DNA of 64,000 nucleotides from NCBI RefSeq assembly GCF_988243305.1, contig NZ_OZ547136.1; one strand, 5' to 3'. Shown piece by piece: positions 63,190 to 64,000 of this stretch (position 1 is its first letter; each line of letters starts with the position of its first letter). The notes under the pieces were generated by a model. It saw only the letters and a program-made list of their open reading frames with translations, ran no database searches and was not told where the DNA came from. The position numbers and the translations under genes were made by a program.

Positions 63190-64000
63190 TTAAAATTTCA
63201 TGCTGACATCAAGCCAGAAAGTACGGCCACTGGCGTAGGTCGCCACACCGGTATTCGTTGTATCAACCGCGGTTTTGCTATCCAGTACATTGAGAATATC
63301 GGCACTGATCGTCAGGTTTTGTTGTTTCAGAAATTGTGGCGTCCAGGACAAGCGGGTGTCCCAGGTCAGGCTGCTATCCAGTTTTTCGTCAACATACTGC
63401 TTGTAATCTGAATATTCGCTGATGTATTGCGCATTCGTCTTACCCAGGATAATGCGAGCTTTACGCGCTTCTTGCCAGGCCAGCGTATTCGCCCACACCA
63501 ACCCGCTCGGTTGATGCGTGAAATCCATGTTTAAGGAGATCTTTAATGGGTTATTAAAATCTGCCACTGGAACGCTATCGTAAGAGACCAGATTACCGTT
63601 ATAAACCACCTGGTTATCGCCGGTATTGCTTTCCTCATAACCATTGTTTAACGACAAGTTGCCCTTGCTCTTGATATAGCTAAAGACAATTTGCGGGTTA
63701 ATATCTACCTGGCTGATATGCAGGGGTTCGGCCAGTTCAAAACTGAGGTTGAACGAATGCGTTTTGGTTTTGCCGTCGTTGTTATATTCAGTAATGGTGG
63801 TTTTAGTCGCGCTGTCGGTACGACTGCTTTTACTGATTTGATCATGCGCTTCACGATAAACATAGTTTGCACGCGCAATAACGTTCTTACCGATTTTCTG
63901 CTGCAACCCCATTGCCAGTTCATCGTTATAAGGTGTTTTCAAATCCTGATAACGCGTCAGGGTTTTATTGCCTGATACCGATTCCGTCCAGCTATTGCGG
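63190..64000 (-). CDS. yddB: Outer-membrane beta-barrel (TonB-dependent receptor-like) protein, 3' part only
   Basis: C-terminus ...YASGRTFWLDVSMKF with terminal aromatic residue; ORF continues past the window end; position after pqqL as in K-12. Confidence 0.75.
   Translation of the reverse strand, partial: RNSWTESVSGNKTLTRYQDLKTPYNDELAMGLQQKIGKNVIARANYVYREAHDQISKSSRTDSATKTTITEYNNDGKTKTHSFNLSFELAEPLHISQVDINPQIVFSYIKSKGNLSLNNGYEESNTGDNQVVYNGNLVSYDSVPVADFNNPLKISLNMDFTHQPSGLVWANTLAWQEARKARIILGKTNAQYISEYSDYKQYVDEKLDSSLTWDTRLSWTPQFLKQQNLTISADILNVLDSKTAVDTTNTGVATYASGRTFWLDVSMKF

Noticed and set aside
1-64000. CRISPR arrays, rRNA or tRNA genes, prophage
   Set aside because: No regularly spaced direct repeats with spacers, no rRNA- or tRNA-like sequences, and no phage structural or integrase genes recognised on reading the window; the only mobile DNA seen is H-repeat/ISAs1-type.

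Overview
This window is an Escherichia coli-type chromosomal segment, collinear with the K-12 interval yncD to yddB, interrupted by a low-GC accessory island at about 5.0-18.9 kb. Gene identities are from my own reading of the ORF translations; no database search was run. Core genes recognised: yncD (partial), yncE, ansP, yncG, pptA, yddH, nhoA, yddE, narVWYZ-narU, yddG, fdnGHI (with an in-frame TGA selenocysteine codon), yddM, adhP, maeA, sra, bdm, osmC, ddpFDCBA-ddpX, dosP-dosC, yddW, gadC-gadB, pqqL and yddB (partial). The island sits where K-12 carries the RhsE remnant and holds an orphan type VI secretion (T6SS) vgrG array with no T6SS core genes in the window. Module 1 is PAAR, a full vgrG with a divergent AT-rich 3' tail, a DUF2169 adaptor, a DUF4150/PAAR-like toxin with an unclassified C-terminal domain, and a cytoplasmic immunity candidate, followed by an intact H-repeat (ISAs1-family) element. 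Module 2 is a vgrG 3' fragment, a 690-aa protein combining an M23-like peptidase domain with a GH19/lysozyme-like domain, and a signal-peptide immunity candidate, followed by a truncated H-repeat. The layout resembles Rhs-style displacement of older toxin/immunity tips. Also absent from K-12 at this position: a membrane GGDEF diguanylate cyclase next to a secreted MBL-fold alkyl sulfatase, two full-length YopM/IpaH-like leucine-rich-repeat paralogs, and an intact OmpC-family porin. Coordinates of small sequence motifs may be off by 1-2 nt.
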